64,000 nucleotides of DNA from NCBI GenBank assembly GCA_001816585.1, contig MHCJ01000003.1, positions 220,228 to 284,227 on the forward strand. Direction: 5' to 3'. A program made the position numbers and the translations under genes. This DNA is from Candidatus Chisholmbacteria bacterium RIFCSPHIGHO2_01_FULL_52_32 (GTDB lineage Bacteria; Patescibacteriota; Microgenomatia; UBA1400; Chisholmbacteraceae). The notes under the pieces are model-generated. The model was given only the letters and a program-made list of their open reading frames with translations. It was not told the DNA's origin and did no database searches. Shown piece after piece: positions 53,660-62,192 of this stretch (the first letter of the stretch is position 1; each line of letters starts with the position of its first letter).

Positions 53660-55015
53660 TCAGGAGCGCTCGATGGTATAGGTCGTTAAGTGGAAGAGGA
53701 ATGCAGCGGGGCTGTCTTCAACCAGAAATCGCTGGAAATCCTGATAAATTTGGGTGCGTTCTTTTTGGTCTTCGATTTGGCGTCCGTCTTCGAGCAGTTT
53801 ATCGATCTTGGGGCTGTTGTAACGAGTCAGGTTTGTTCTTTGGGTTGAATGCCAGAGGCTGTACTGGTCCGGGTCAGGAGGGATCTCCTGACCAATGAGG
53901 AGCGTCTGAAATGAATCCGGGATAAAGGTTGCCACTTTGACCGTTGTGGGGATACCCAAAGCCAACCACTGCTCTTTGATATGCTCCGCCGTCGTCAGAT
54001 ATGGGAGGGTCGTCGTTAATTCCAGATTTGGATTAAAGTTCGGATTTCCTTCTTTTTCCACTTCGAGGAGACGTTTCGCATCTTCGAGGTTAAACTCGTA
54101 TGGTTTTACCTGTGGGTTGAACGCCCAAGAGGTCGGACTAATCGGGCTAATTGTGCGTTTGTCATCAGACGGTTTGTCCGGAATGGCATATGTTAATGCC
54201 TGACGAAATCCTTTACTCACAAGAAACTGATCGTTGGTGTTGTAAAAAAGTGCGACGTATCGGTCCTTATGATGGACCTCTTCAATCTTTGTATTCGGCC
54301 ATTGGGCTAACTCACCAGGAGAGGAAAGTTCAAGGACTTTGTCGACTTCGCCGAGCTTGAATGCAACGACCGCAGATTCTTGCGTCGGATAGAACCTGTA
54401 GTGGATGTTTCGTTCATCAGACTGGATGAACAGATCCGTTATCTCGTGGCCATTCCTCTTGATTTGCCTGACCCGCATCGGGCCTAAGCCAATCAGTGAC
54501 AACCTTCCCATGAAGAGTGGGGATTTTGTTTGCCGGAAGAGCGGTTGGCTGACGACCGTTGGAAGCGGGGCGAAGGGTTCTTTCAGATCAAAGGCAACCG
54601 TTTCTTTCGAAAGCACCGTGGTTGTAACATTCTGGAAATTGTATTTCACGTCTTCGGCAACAAACGGCTTTCCGTCTTGCCAGCGTACGTCTTTTTTTAG
54701 CGTGAAGATATATCGTTTTCCTTCCTCTTCGATCCTGAAGGATGTTGCAAGGGCCGGTTGGGCTTCCCCTTCCGGCGTTATACGGGTTAAGCCAAGGCTG
54801 ATTTGGTTTTGAATTTCCATAGGCAGTTCTGCCAATGTCGGACGCCCGATAATGGCAATTTTTTCTGTCGGGATAAGTTTCGGAAAGAAGCGAATAAGCC
54901 CCGGAGTTAGCAGAGACCCTGCTACGCCAAGTGCGACGCTTGAAATAAGAAGTTTCGGATGTTTTTTAAAGAAACCGGCCAGGAGCCAGTACGTGAAGCG
55001 GATTTTTTTGATCAT
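53660..55015 (-). CDS. ABC transporter substrate-binding protein, family 5 (peptide/nickel type)
   Basis: 451 aa, N-terminal TM/signal. GKRYIFTLKKDVRWQDGKPFVAEDVKYNF matches the SBP_bac_5 signature region. Confidence 0.6.
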   Translation of the reverse strand: MIKKIRFTYWLLAGFFKKHPKLLISSVALGVAGSLLTPGLIRFFPKLIPTEKIAIIGRPTLAELPMEIQNQISLGLTRITPEGEAQPALATSFRIEEEGKRYIFTLKKDVRWQDGKPFVAEDVKYNFQNVTTTVLSKETVAFDLKEPFAPLPTVVSQPLFRQTKSPLFMGRLSLIGLGPMRVRQIKRNGHEITDLFIQSDERNIHYRFYPTQESAVVAFKLGEVDKVLELSSPGELAQWPNTKIEEVHHKDRYVALFYNTNDQFLVSKGFRQALTYAIPDKPSDDKRTISPISPTSWAFNPQVKPYEFNLEDAKRLLEVEKEGNPNFNPNLELTTTLPYLTTAEHIKEQWLALGIPTTVKVATFIPDSFQTLLIGQEIPPDPDQYSLWHSTQRTNLTRYNSPKIDKLLEDGRQIEDQKERTQIYQDFQRFLVEDSPAAFLFHLTTYTIERS

Positions 55016-55024
55016 ACTCAGGCC

Positions 55025-55243
55025 TTAGCGCAGGGCGAAGTTCACCGCTGCAAGTGTGAGGAAGAGAACGGTAAGAACCACGGTTGCCACGAGGAGTACG
55101 CGTTCGACACCTCTTTTGGAGCGGTACATTTCACCGCCTCCTCCCCATGCCGATCCGAGCCCGGTTCCTCTTGCTTGGAGGAGAATTGTTCCCATAAGAA
55201 GAATTGAAACAATAATCTGGATTACCAGAAGTACATTGCGCAT
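55025..55243 (-). CDS. secG: preprotein translocase subunit SecG
   Basis: 72 aa, two TMs. LLQARGTGLGSAWGGGGEMYRSKRGVERVL matches the SecG Gly-rich loop. Confidence 0.75.
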   Translation of the reverse strand: MRNVLLVIQIIVSILLMGTILLQARGTGLGSAWGGGGEMYRSKRGVERVLLVATVVLTVLFLTLAAVNFALR

Positions 55244-55271
55244 CAGTGCCCTGAGTATACCATAACCCGGT

Positions 55272-55679
55272 TTACTCTTCGCTTGAGACCCAGATAAGGA
55301 AGCTACTGGTCAGGCTGATTGTCAGGGAGGCTACTACAAGCGTCCAAAACTTGGTCACCTCAAGCTCCGGCATCACGAATCCCCGGAATGTGTAACCCGG
55401 AAAAGTGAAAGAAGTTATCTTTATCTGTGAAACCGCAAGGGTTAAGAGAAACAACACCATCACGTTCACGATCCATCGAAAAGCCCCCATGGTAATAAGA
55501 TTCACCGGAAGGAGGAGAAGCGAAATGAGCGGTCTAATGAGACGGTTCATGAGCCCTAGGACCAAGGTAGCCAGTACGAGTGATTTTGTCCCGCCGTTAT
55601 TGGACACACCCGGTATCAGGAGAATTGCGGACTGGAGCGATGCCAAGCTAATGATGAAGGAACGCAGCAGCGATTTCAT
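55272..55679 (-). CDS. hypothetical 4-TM membrane protein
   Basis: 135 aa, four hydrophobic helices. Confidence 0.35.
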   Translation of the reverse strand: MKSLLRSFIISLASLQSAILLIPGVSNNGGTKSLVLATLVLGLMNRLIRPLISLLLLPVNLITMGAFRWIVNVMVLFLLTLAVSQIKITSFTFPGYTFRGFVMPELEVTKFWTLVVASLTISLTSSFLIWVSSEE

Positions 55680-55717
55680 GCTTATTGCTTACAGTATTCT
55701 CTAGGTTGAGTAGCCTG

Positions 55718-57124
55718 TCAATTGGAATTCGATTTGTGGGTGTTTTCGAATGCGCGTTCACGAAGGACACGGTGGTAGTTCCTCGCAAAGCGGTGGGCTT
55801 CGTCGCGTACGTGCATAAGGAAGAGGATCACCGGGGAATGCTTCGGAATACTCAAGACGTAAAACCTTTGTTTGTAGATGACCAACTGCTCAAACCGCTT
55901 GGCCAGTCCTACGATCGGAATCCGATGGTGAAGTCCATAGCCTGCAAGGGCTTGCTTTGCGGCTTTAACCTGACCTTTGCCCCCGTCGATTAAAATAAGA
56001 TCCGGAAGCGGCCACTCACGATGACGAAGTCTTCGGAAGAGCACCTCGGACAGCATTGTCAGGTCATCAGGTCGGTCAGAAAAGCGGATTTTAAACATGC
56101 GGTAGTTTGTTTTATCCGGTATTCCATCGGTAAATACGACCATCGCGCCGGTTGCATTTTTCCCGGAGAGATTTGAGATATCGTACGCCTCTACCCGACG
56201 AAATGGATTTTCCGGGACGATTTGGTTGGTTTTGGCATAAAATGGCGCCAGCGTTGACCAAAGCTCCTGCCTCGGATCTTTTCGATGAGGTGCGTATCCC
56301 ACTGCGTCGCTTCCGTTCGCTGATGTTCTTCTGTTTACGACATCCTCAATTGCTTGCATTTGGTCACGAAGATCGGCAGCTTTTTCAAAATCGAGCGTAT
56401 TCACCGCTTGTTTCATCATTCTTTTCAAGTCCCGAATGACGGTTTGTTTTTTCCCGAGGAGAAAACGGCGAAGATTATCGATCATACGAGCATAGGCTTC
56501 TTCGCTGATCTTCCCTACACAGGCACCCGGGCAGAGAGCGAGGTGGAAATAAAAGCAGGCTTTTCCCTGTTTCTTTTGGGAAGGTTTTGCGTTGCAAAAG
56601 GGGAAGGCGTGGCGTATTACCTGTAACACTTGACGCGTTTGCTGGGCGGATGGGTATGGCCCGAAGATGGTACGTTTTTTCCCGCTTTCTCGTCCTTCAG
56701 GTTTTCGGATCATCAGGACACGGGGAAATATCTCATCCGTGATGGAGATATAGATCGGGGATTTGTCGTCCTTCAGGCGGACGTTGAATCTCGGCTGATA
56801 AGAACGGATGAGTTCCGCTTCCGAAAGGATTGCCTCAAAATCGCTTTCACAACGAATCCACTTGAGCCTTTTGGCAAGCTTTAGCATGAGTTGTATTCTT
56901 GGTTCAAGGTTTCTTTTGTGCTTGTAAGAGCGAATGCGCTTATTGAGATTTCCGGCCTTACCGACGTACAGCACCTCTCCTTCTTGAGAGAGAAAGAAGT
57001 AGACTCCCGGCTCTTGTGGAAGCTTTGGCGAGCGCTGCGCCCACGAGGAGCGCGAGTGTGTATTTTGCAATTTCCCCTGAGATCGGTTGAAACGTAATTT
57101 GTGTTTCACTTTTCTCGTTCCCAA
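55718..57124 (-). CDS. uvrC: excinuclease ABC subunit C (short form)
   Basis: GIY-YIG (GVYFFLSQEGEVLYVGKAGNLNKRIRSYKH), UvrB-interaction region and RNase H-like endonuclease domain. 468 aa at most. The GIY-YIG motif itself lies within the last ~50 nt of the upstream gene, so the start is uncertain. Confidence 0.8.
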   Translation of the reverse strand: MGTRKVKHKLRFNRSQGKLQNTHSRSSWAQRSPKLPQEPGVYFFLSQEGEVLYVGKAGNLNKRIRSYKHKRNLEPRIQLMLKLAKRLKWIRCESDFEAILSEAELIRSYQPRFNVRLKDDKSPIYISITDEIFPRVLMIRKPEGRESGKKRTIFGPYPSAQQTRQVLQVIRHAFPFCNAKPSQKKQGKACFYFHLALCPGACVGKISEEAYARMIDNLRRFLLGKKQTVIRDLKRMMKQAVNTLDFEKAADLRDQMQAIEDVVNRRTSANGSDAVGYAPHRKDPRQELWSTLAPFYAKTNQIVPENPFRRVEAYDISNLSGKNATGAMVVFTDGIPDKTNYRMFKIRFSDRPDDLTMLSEVLFRRLRHREWPLPDLILIDGGKGQVKAAKQALAGYGLHHRIPIVGLAKRFEQLVIYKQRFYVLSIPKHSPVILFLMHVRDEAHRFARNYHRVLRERAFENTHKSNSN

Positions 57125-58862
57125 CGGTTATTGTAAGCTCTCCAGCCGTATTGCTCAGCCAGTCCCGGTTTTTGAGCCGTATCGGTATGCTGGTTGAAGT
57201 AGAGGGCAGGAGTAGTTCGAGGCTTTGCGGAGGCAGTGTGAGTATATCAAACCCGTGAGACTCAAGGCGAATTGGTATTTGATGGAGGGCTGTCCCTCCA
57301 ACGTTCGTGACTTTAAGGAGCCCAGACACCTGAACACCACCGATAATATTTTTCGGTAACTTCAGAGTGAGAAGCATCTTTGATTCCAGGTCAGGATCTT
57401 CGTCATCCGGGGTAATGACGATGTCTTTTCCTTCGGAATTATCAATTTTGTAGAAACCGGCCGGGTAGGGCGTTTCAGCATTATTTCCGTGAATCACGAA
57501 GACCATGTGATTGAGGTCAAAGCGGGAGAAGTAGTCGATTCCTTGGGTTGTATTTTCCCAAGTAGGATCAACCGGTATCCAGCTTCTTTTTTCCTGATCG
57601 TAGTATTCAGGCCATGCATGAAGAATATCTTCGCGAAGGCTTAACGGGCGAAGGGTGGGGTTTTGGGTGTAGGCAAAGCCGTTGATCTCCCTGGCCGGAA
57701 TACCAGCGGACCGGGCGAGAGCGATGAAGAGGTCTGTGAATTCCATGCAGGTGGCTTGGTCCGGTTGCTCTAAGGCCTGTTTTGCTCCCAAGCGTCGTGC
57801 GCCGATCTTTACCCTATCATAGTTGTAGGAAAGTGTTTTTACGACATAACTATAGATGTTTTCGGGAGATTTCAGTTGTTGCGCGAGTGACCGGATCGCT
57901 TCGTCGTCCACCTGCCATGGTGGTTCGGGTTTCAAATATTCCTCCAGGTTGATTGATGTATCATTGGTGCTTGCTGTGTTACTCCAGCTTTGCGGCGTCA
58001 GATACAGAAGAGCTTTTCCTGTTGCATGGATTTCGAGCTCTTGATTTGCCCTGACGATGTAGGTTGCGAGCCAATTGCCATCGGTGTCCATCCGTATCGT
58101 TTGAGGAGGAGGAGAAATCCTGTCGTAGACCATCCGTTGGTATGCAGTATCGGGCGGTAAGGCAATTTCAAGCGACTTACTGATTGGGCCTTGGTTGTCT
58201 AATGCATAGCGAAGGTCGAAGTCAAACACCTGTTTATCTCCGAAAAGCGCGGTGACACCGCGAGACTTCAGGTTTTCATCCGTAAAGATATAGTGCGTTC
58301 CATCCGATCTGACCGCCACGCTTTGGGGTTCCGGGGTGATTTGCACCGGAGCCTTAAATTCCTTTGGAACGATGAGCGTGATGGTATAGGAGGTAAACTC
58401 GGTCAGGTCTTCCGGACGGGGAACATTGATTTCCCAGACCCTGCCAACTTTTGAGGCAATATCTTCATCGTCGTATCCGATCGTAAAATGCAGAATTTGC
58501 CCGAGTCCCACGACCTTGTCTCGAAAATCTACCTTAATCGTTGAGGCATTGGGGCTCGTTTGTATTGAAGGCTCAAGGTTACCGATTCCATCTTTCGCCC
58601 AGACATGATTAATTCTTGTGGTTCCGATTGTCATTGAGTACTGGGTGGCGTAGATATTGTGGCGTTTGTTCTTAAGGGAAATTGTGTGGTTCACTGAAGT
58701 CGTTCCAGAAAGGTCCACCCGGTAGGTAGCTTGGGCAGATGCATCGAAATCTTCGGAAGCTTGGGCCGCTTTTCCCGTTAAGGCCGAAAAGACTATCACG
58801 CAAAGAAATACGCGCCAAAATCGTTTAAGGAATGACATCTTTCCCCATTGTAGTGAAAGCAT
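56958..58862 (-). CDS. secreted transglutaminase-like protein
   Basis: 634 aa, signal peptide. C-H-D transglutaminase core (TCMEFTDLFIALARSAGIPAREINGF...HAWPEYYDQEKRSWIPVDPTWEN). N- and C-terminal beta-rich domains. Confidence 0.6.
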   Translation of the reverse strand: MLSLQWGKMSFLKRFWRVFLCVIVFSALTGKAAQASEDFDASAQATYRVDLSGTTSVNHTISLKNKRHNIYATQYSMTIGTTRINHVWAKDGIGNLEPSIQTSPNASTIKVDFRDKVVGLGQILHFTIGYDDEDIASKVGRVWEINVPRPEDLTEFTSYTITLIVPKEFKAPVQITPEPQSVAVRSDGTHYIFTDENLKSRGVTALFGDKQVFDFDLRYALDNQGPISKSLEIALPPDTAYQRMVYDRISPPPQTIRMDTDGNWLATYIVRANQELEIHATGKALLYLTPQSWSNTASTNDTSINLEEYLKPEPPWQVDDEAIRSLAQQLKSPENIYSYVVKTLSYNYDRVKIGARRLGAKQALEQPDQATCMEFTDLFIALARSAGIPAREINGFAYTQNPTLRPLSLREDILHAWPEYYDQEKRSWIPVDPTWENTTQGIDYFSRFDLNHMVFVIHGNNAETPYPAGFYKIDNSEGKDIVITPDDEDPDLESKMLLTLKLPKNIIGGVQVSGLLKVTNVGGTALHQIPIRLESHGFDILTLPPQSLELLLPSTSTSIPIRLKNRDWLSNTAGELTITVGNEKSETQITFQPISGEIAKYTLALLVGAALAKASTRAGSLLLSLSRRRGAVRR

Positions 58863-59083
58863 GTTTGAAAAGGAACTATACCCCTTTTACTCCAGATTGT
58901 TTCGTTCGTGGGCTTATTCCCTCAATCGCACCAGATGTTTCGCCTTTGTCATCAGCCAGGGCTTTATTCTGGCTGCTTCGGCGGGCAGGCAGCCAAACTC
59001 CACATCTGGAGAATCGGGCTCGCCTCGCTGTCGAAGCGGGGTATTGCACGCTATTGTTATTTGCAAATTCAAGTAAGATGAGT

Positions 59084-62020
59084 TTAGGATGTTAACGGAA
59101 GAAATTGCCTCAAGTATTGACCGGTGTATGATCGTTTTACTTTTGCCACTTCAAGCGGCGTTCCTGTGGCGACCACTTCTCCCCCATCGTCTCCTCCGTC
59201 GGGGCCAAGGTCAATGATGTGGTCGGCATTTTTGATGACATCGAGGTTGTGTTCGATGACAATGACGGTGTTCCCGGCATCGGTCAGCTTACGGAGTACC
59301 TTCAAAAGCTTTTCAAGGTCTGCGAAATGCAGACCCGTGGTGGGCTCATCGAGAAGGTAGACGGTGTGGCCGGTGGTTTTTACCGAGAGTTCCCTAGCGA
59401 TTTTTATTCTCTGGGCTTCGCCTCCGGAGAGGGTTGGGGCTGGTTGTCCCAGTTCGATGTATCCCAGACCAACGTCCTTGATCGTCTGAAGCTTCTCCTG
59501 AAGAACCGGTACGTTTGCGAAAAAGTCCAGCGCTTCTTCCACCGTCATTTGTAACACGTCGCTCACCGTTTTTCCCTTGTATTGAATTTCCAGTGTTTCG
59601 GTATTATAGCGTTTTCCAAGGCATACCTCACACTTCACGTATACATCCGGGAGAAATTGCATTTCTATTTTCACCTCTCCGCCACCTTGACAGGCTTCGC
59701 AGCGCCCTCCGCGGATATTGAAGGAGAAACGACCGGGTCGGTAGCCTCGGACAGCGGATTCTTTGGTGAGTGCGAAGAGCTGGCGGATGTGGTCGAATAC
59801 TTTGGTATAGGTGGCCGGATTTGATCTGGGGGTTCTCCCAATCGGGTTTTGGTCAATCAATCGTACCCGTGCCACGCCTCCGAGACCGACGATCTCTTCG
59901 AATCTGCCCGGCTTATCCCGATGAAGAAAATTAAGTTCCCTGGCAATGGCGTGATAGAGAATACTGTGAACCAGCGTCGATTTTCCGGATCCGGATACCC
60001 CTGTCACGCAGATCAATCTTTGCAAGGGAAAGGATACTGTGATGTTCTTCAAGTTGTGCTCTTTGCATCCGCGCAGGATAAGATTTGATGGTTCCGAAGG
60101 TTTCTCGGTCAGATGTTTCTCAATTGCAATTCTTTTCTTGCCTGAGAGATACTTTCCGGTGAGTGAAACGGGAGATCGTTTAATCATGTTCGGTGGTCCT
60201 TTGGCAACAACCTCTCCCCCACGCTTCCCCGCACCGGGACCGAAGTCGATGATCCAGTCCGCGTTCTCCATAGTTTCGCGATCGTGTTCAACCAAAAGGA
60301 CGGTGTTGCCCAGGTCTCTCAACTGCTTCAGCGTGGTCAGGAGTCTCCTGTTATCTTTTTGATGAAGACCGATGGTCGGTTCATCTAGCACATACAGAAC
60401 ACCCGACAGTCCACTGCCGATCTGTGAGGCGAGCCTGATCCGCTGCGACTCTCCTCCGGAGAGCGAAGACGCTTCTCTTGAGAGGGTGATGTATGAGAGA
60501 CCAACGGAAGTCAAAAATCCCAAGCGTGCTTTCAACTCTTTGAGGATTGGAGATGCAATTTGCGTTTCGCGCTGCGAGATTGCATTCTCCTGAGACAGAC
60601 TTTGTACCCACTCCAAAGACTCGCTAATTTGAAGGTCTGTTGATTCGACGATGTTGTGATCCCGTATCGTTACGGAAAGGGCTTCTTTTTTCAGGCGTTT
60701 TCCTTCACATGCCGGACATATTTCTTTACGCATGAACTTTTCTATCTCTGCCCGGATGATTTCAGAGTCGGTCTCTCTGTATCTTCGATTGAGATTTTCG
60801 ATTACTCCCTCGAATACGGTATCAAAGGATGTAGTTCTCCCGAACCGATTCGGACCGTATACCGTAAAAATGCGGGAGGGATCTCCGAACAAAAGCAAAT
60901 TTCTTAACGATTCAGAACAATTCTTCCAGGGGGTATGAGGGGATTCATTGTAGGCCTCAAGGATCGTGCCGATGGTTCTTGCGAACCATGTTTCCCTTTG
61001 TACTGTCCGTGCATACGGCAAGATTGCTCCCTGGGCGATTGTGAGGTCCGGATTTACTACGAGCTCCGGGGCAACCTTTAATAAGGAACCGATACCGTTG
61101 CAGGTTGGACAGGCTCCATGGGGAGAATTAAAGGAGAACGAACGCGGTTCAATTTCCGGGAGGCTCAGGTTGTCCTCCGGGCAAGCAAACCATTCTGAGT
61201 ACAAATGATCCGTTGTTTGCGACGGTTTTTCCGGAAACGTAAACCCACTATCTTTGACTATACATGCCGTGAGGAGGCCACCGGAGACCTCAAGGGCTTG
61301 CTCAACGGTACCGGCGATCCTGGCGCGGAGATTTACCTGTGCTTCTGGTTGACGTGATTCCCTCATTGTCCAGGTGATCCTGTCAAGAACAACGTCAATA
61401 CTATGCTTGTTCGTCTTAATCAGGAGGAAATCTTCGTCTAAGGCGAACATCCGGCCATCGATACGCACCCTTTGAAAACCTTGTGAGCGCAGGTTTTCAA
61501 ACAGAGCCGTGAACTCCCCTTTCCTGTCCCGGATTACCGGAGCGAGAATGATGGCTTTTACCTGCCCACTATTTTGGATTTCCGAACCAAGAAGTTTCAT
61601 CACTGAATCTGTGATCTCGCCCGGAGATTGCTTGGAGATTTCGCGGCCGCATTTCGGACAATGCGGGTGGCCGATGCGTGCAAATAGCAAGCGCAGGTAG
61701 TCGTATATTTCGGTGGTGGTACCGACCGTAGACCTTGGGTTGTGGGAGATGGATTTTTGGTCAATGGCGATTGCGGGTGAGAGACCGTCAATCGTCTCGA
61801 CATCCGGTTTGTCCATGATACCTAAAAACTGCCTGGCGTAGGCTGAGAGTGATTCTACGTATCTCCGTTGGCCCTCTGCGTAAATCGTGTCAAAAGCAAG
61901 AGAGCTTTTACCGCTACCGGAAAGTCCCGTGAGTACGATCAATTTGTTCTTCGGAATATCTACGTTTATATTTTTGAGGTTATGTTGTCTGGCTCCCTTG
62001 ATGCTGATCACGTCTTTCAT
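59084..62020 (-). CDS. uvrA: excinuclease ABC subunit A
   Basis: Two ABC ATPase modules (GLSGSGKSSLAFDTIYAEGQRRY, second Walker A GVSGSGKSTLV), zinc fingers. Preferred start MKDVISIKGA at 62020 with SD AAAGGAGGG; the track ORF runs to 62047. Confidence 0.95.
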   Translation of the reverse strand: MKDVISIKGARQHNLKNINVDIPKNKLIVLTGLSGSGKSSLAFDTIYAEGQRRYVESLSAYARQFLGIMDKPDVETIDGLSPAIAIDQKSISHNPRSTVGTTTEIYDYLRLLFARIGHPHCPKCGREISKQSPGEITDSVMKLLGSEIQNSGQVKAIILAPVIRDRKGEFTALFENLRSQGFQRVRIDGRMFALDEDFLLIKTNKHSIDVVLDRITWTMRESRQPEAQVNLRARIAGTVEQALEVSGGLLTACIVKDSGFTFPEKPSQTTDHLYSEWFACPEDNLSLPEIEPRSFSFNSPHGACPTCNGIGSLLKVAPELVVNPDLTIAQGAILPYARTVQRETWFARTIGTILEAYNESPHTPWKNCSESLRNLLLFGDPSRIFTVYGPNRFGRTTSFDTVFEGVIENLNRRYRETDSEIIRAEIEKFMRKEICPACEGKRLKKEALSVTIRDHNIVESTDLQISESLEWVQSLSQENAISQRETQIASPILKELKARLGFLTSVGLSYITLSREASSLSGGESQRIRLASQIGSGLSGVLYVLDEPTIGLHQKDNRRLLTTLKQLRDLGNTVLLVEHDRETMENADWIIDFGPGAGKRGGEVVAKGPPNMIKRSPVSLTGKYLSGKKRIAIEKHLTEKPSEPSNLILRGCKEHNLKNITVSFPLQRLICVTGVSGSGKSTLVHSILYHAIARELNFLHRDKPGRFEEIVGLGGVARVRLIDQNPIGRTPRSNPATYTKVFDHIRQLFALTKESAVRGYRPGRFSFNIRGGRCEACQGGGEVKIEMQFLPDVYVKCEVCLGKRYNTETLEIQYKGKTVSDVLQMTVEEALDFFANVPVLQEKLQTIKDVGLGYIELGQPAPTLSGGEAQRIKIARELSVKTTGHTVYLLDEPTTGLHFADLEKLLKVLRKLTDAGNTVIVIEHNLDVIKNADHIIDLGPDGGDDGGEVVATGTPLEVAKVKRSYTGQYLRQFLPLTS

Positions 62021-62192
62021 TAACGGTGGCCCTCCTTTCAGTCCCAAACTGCCATTATACCTCGGGCAGCTTGGTTTTGGAAGGTACCAGCTAGTCTATT
62101 TATTTAAGGAAAGGAGAGGAGTTTGGGAGAGCCGCTTGAAGAATTTAAAGCGCCTTTCGGAATGTCCGGAAGGTGTGTTCTGGGTTTCTTTA

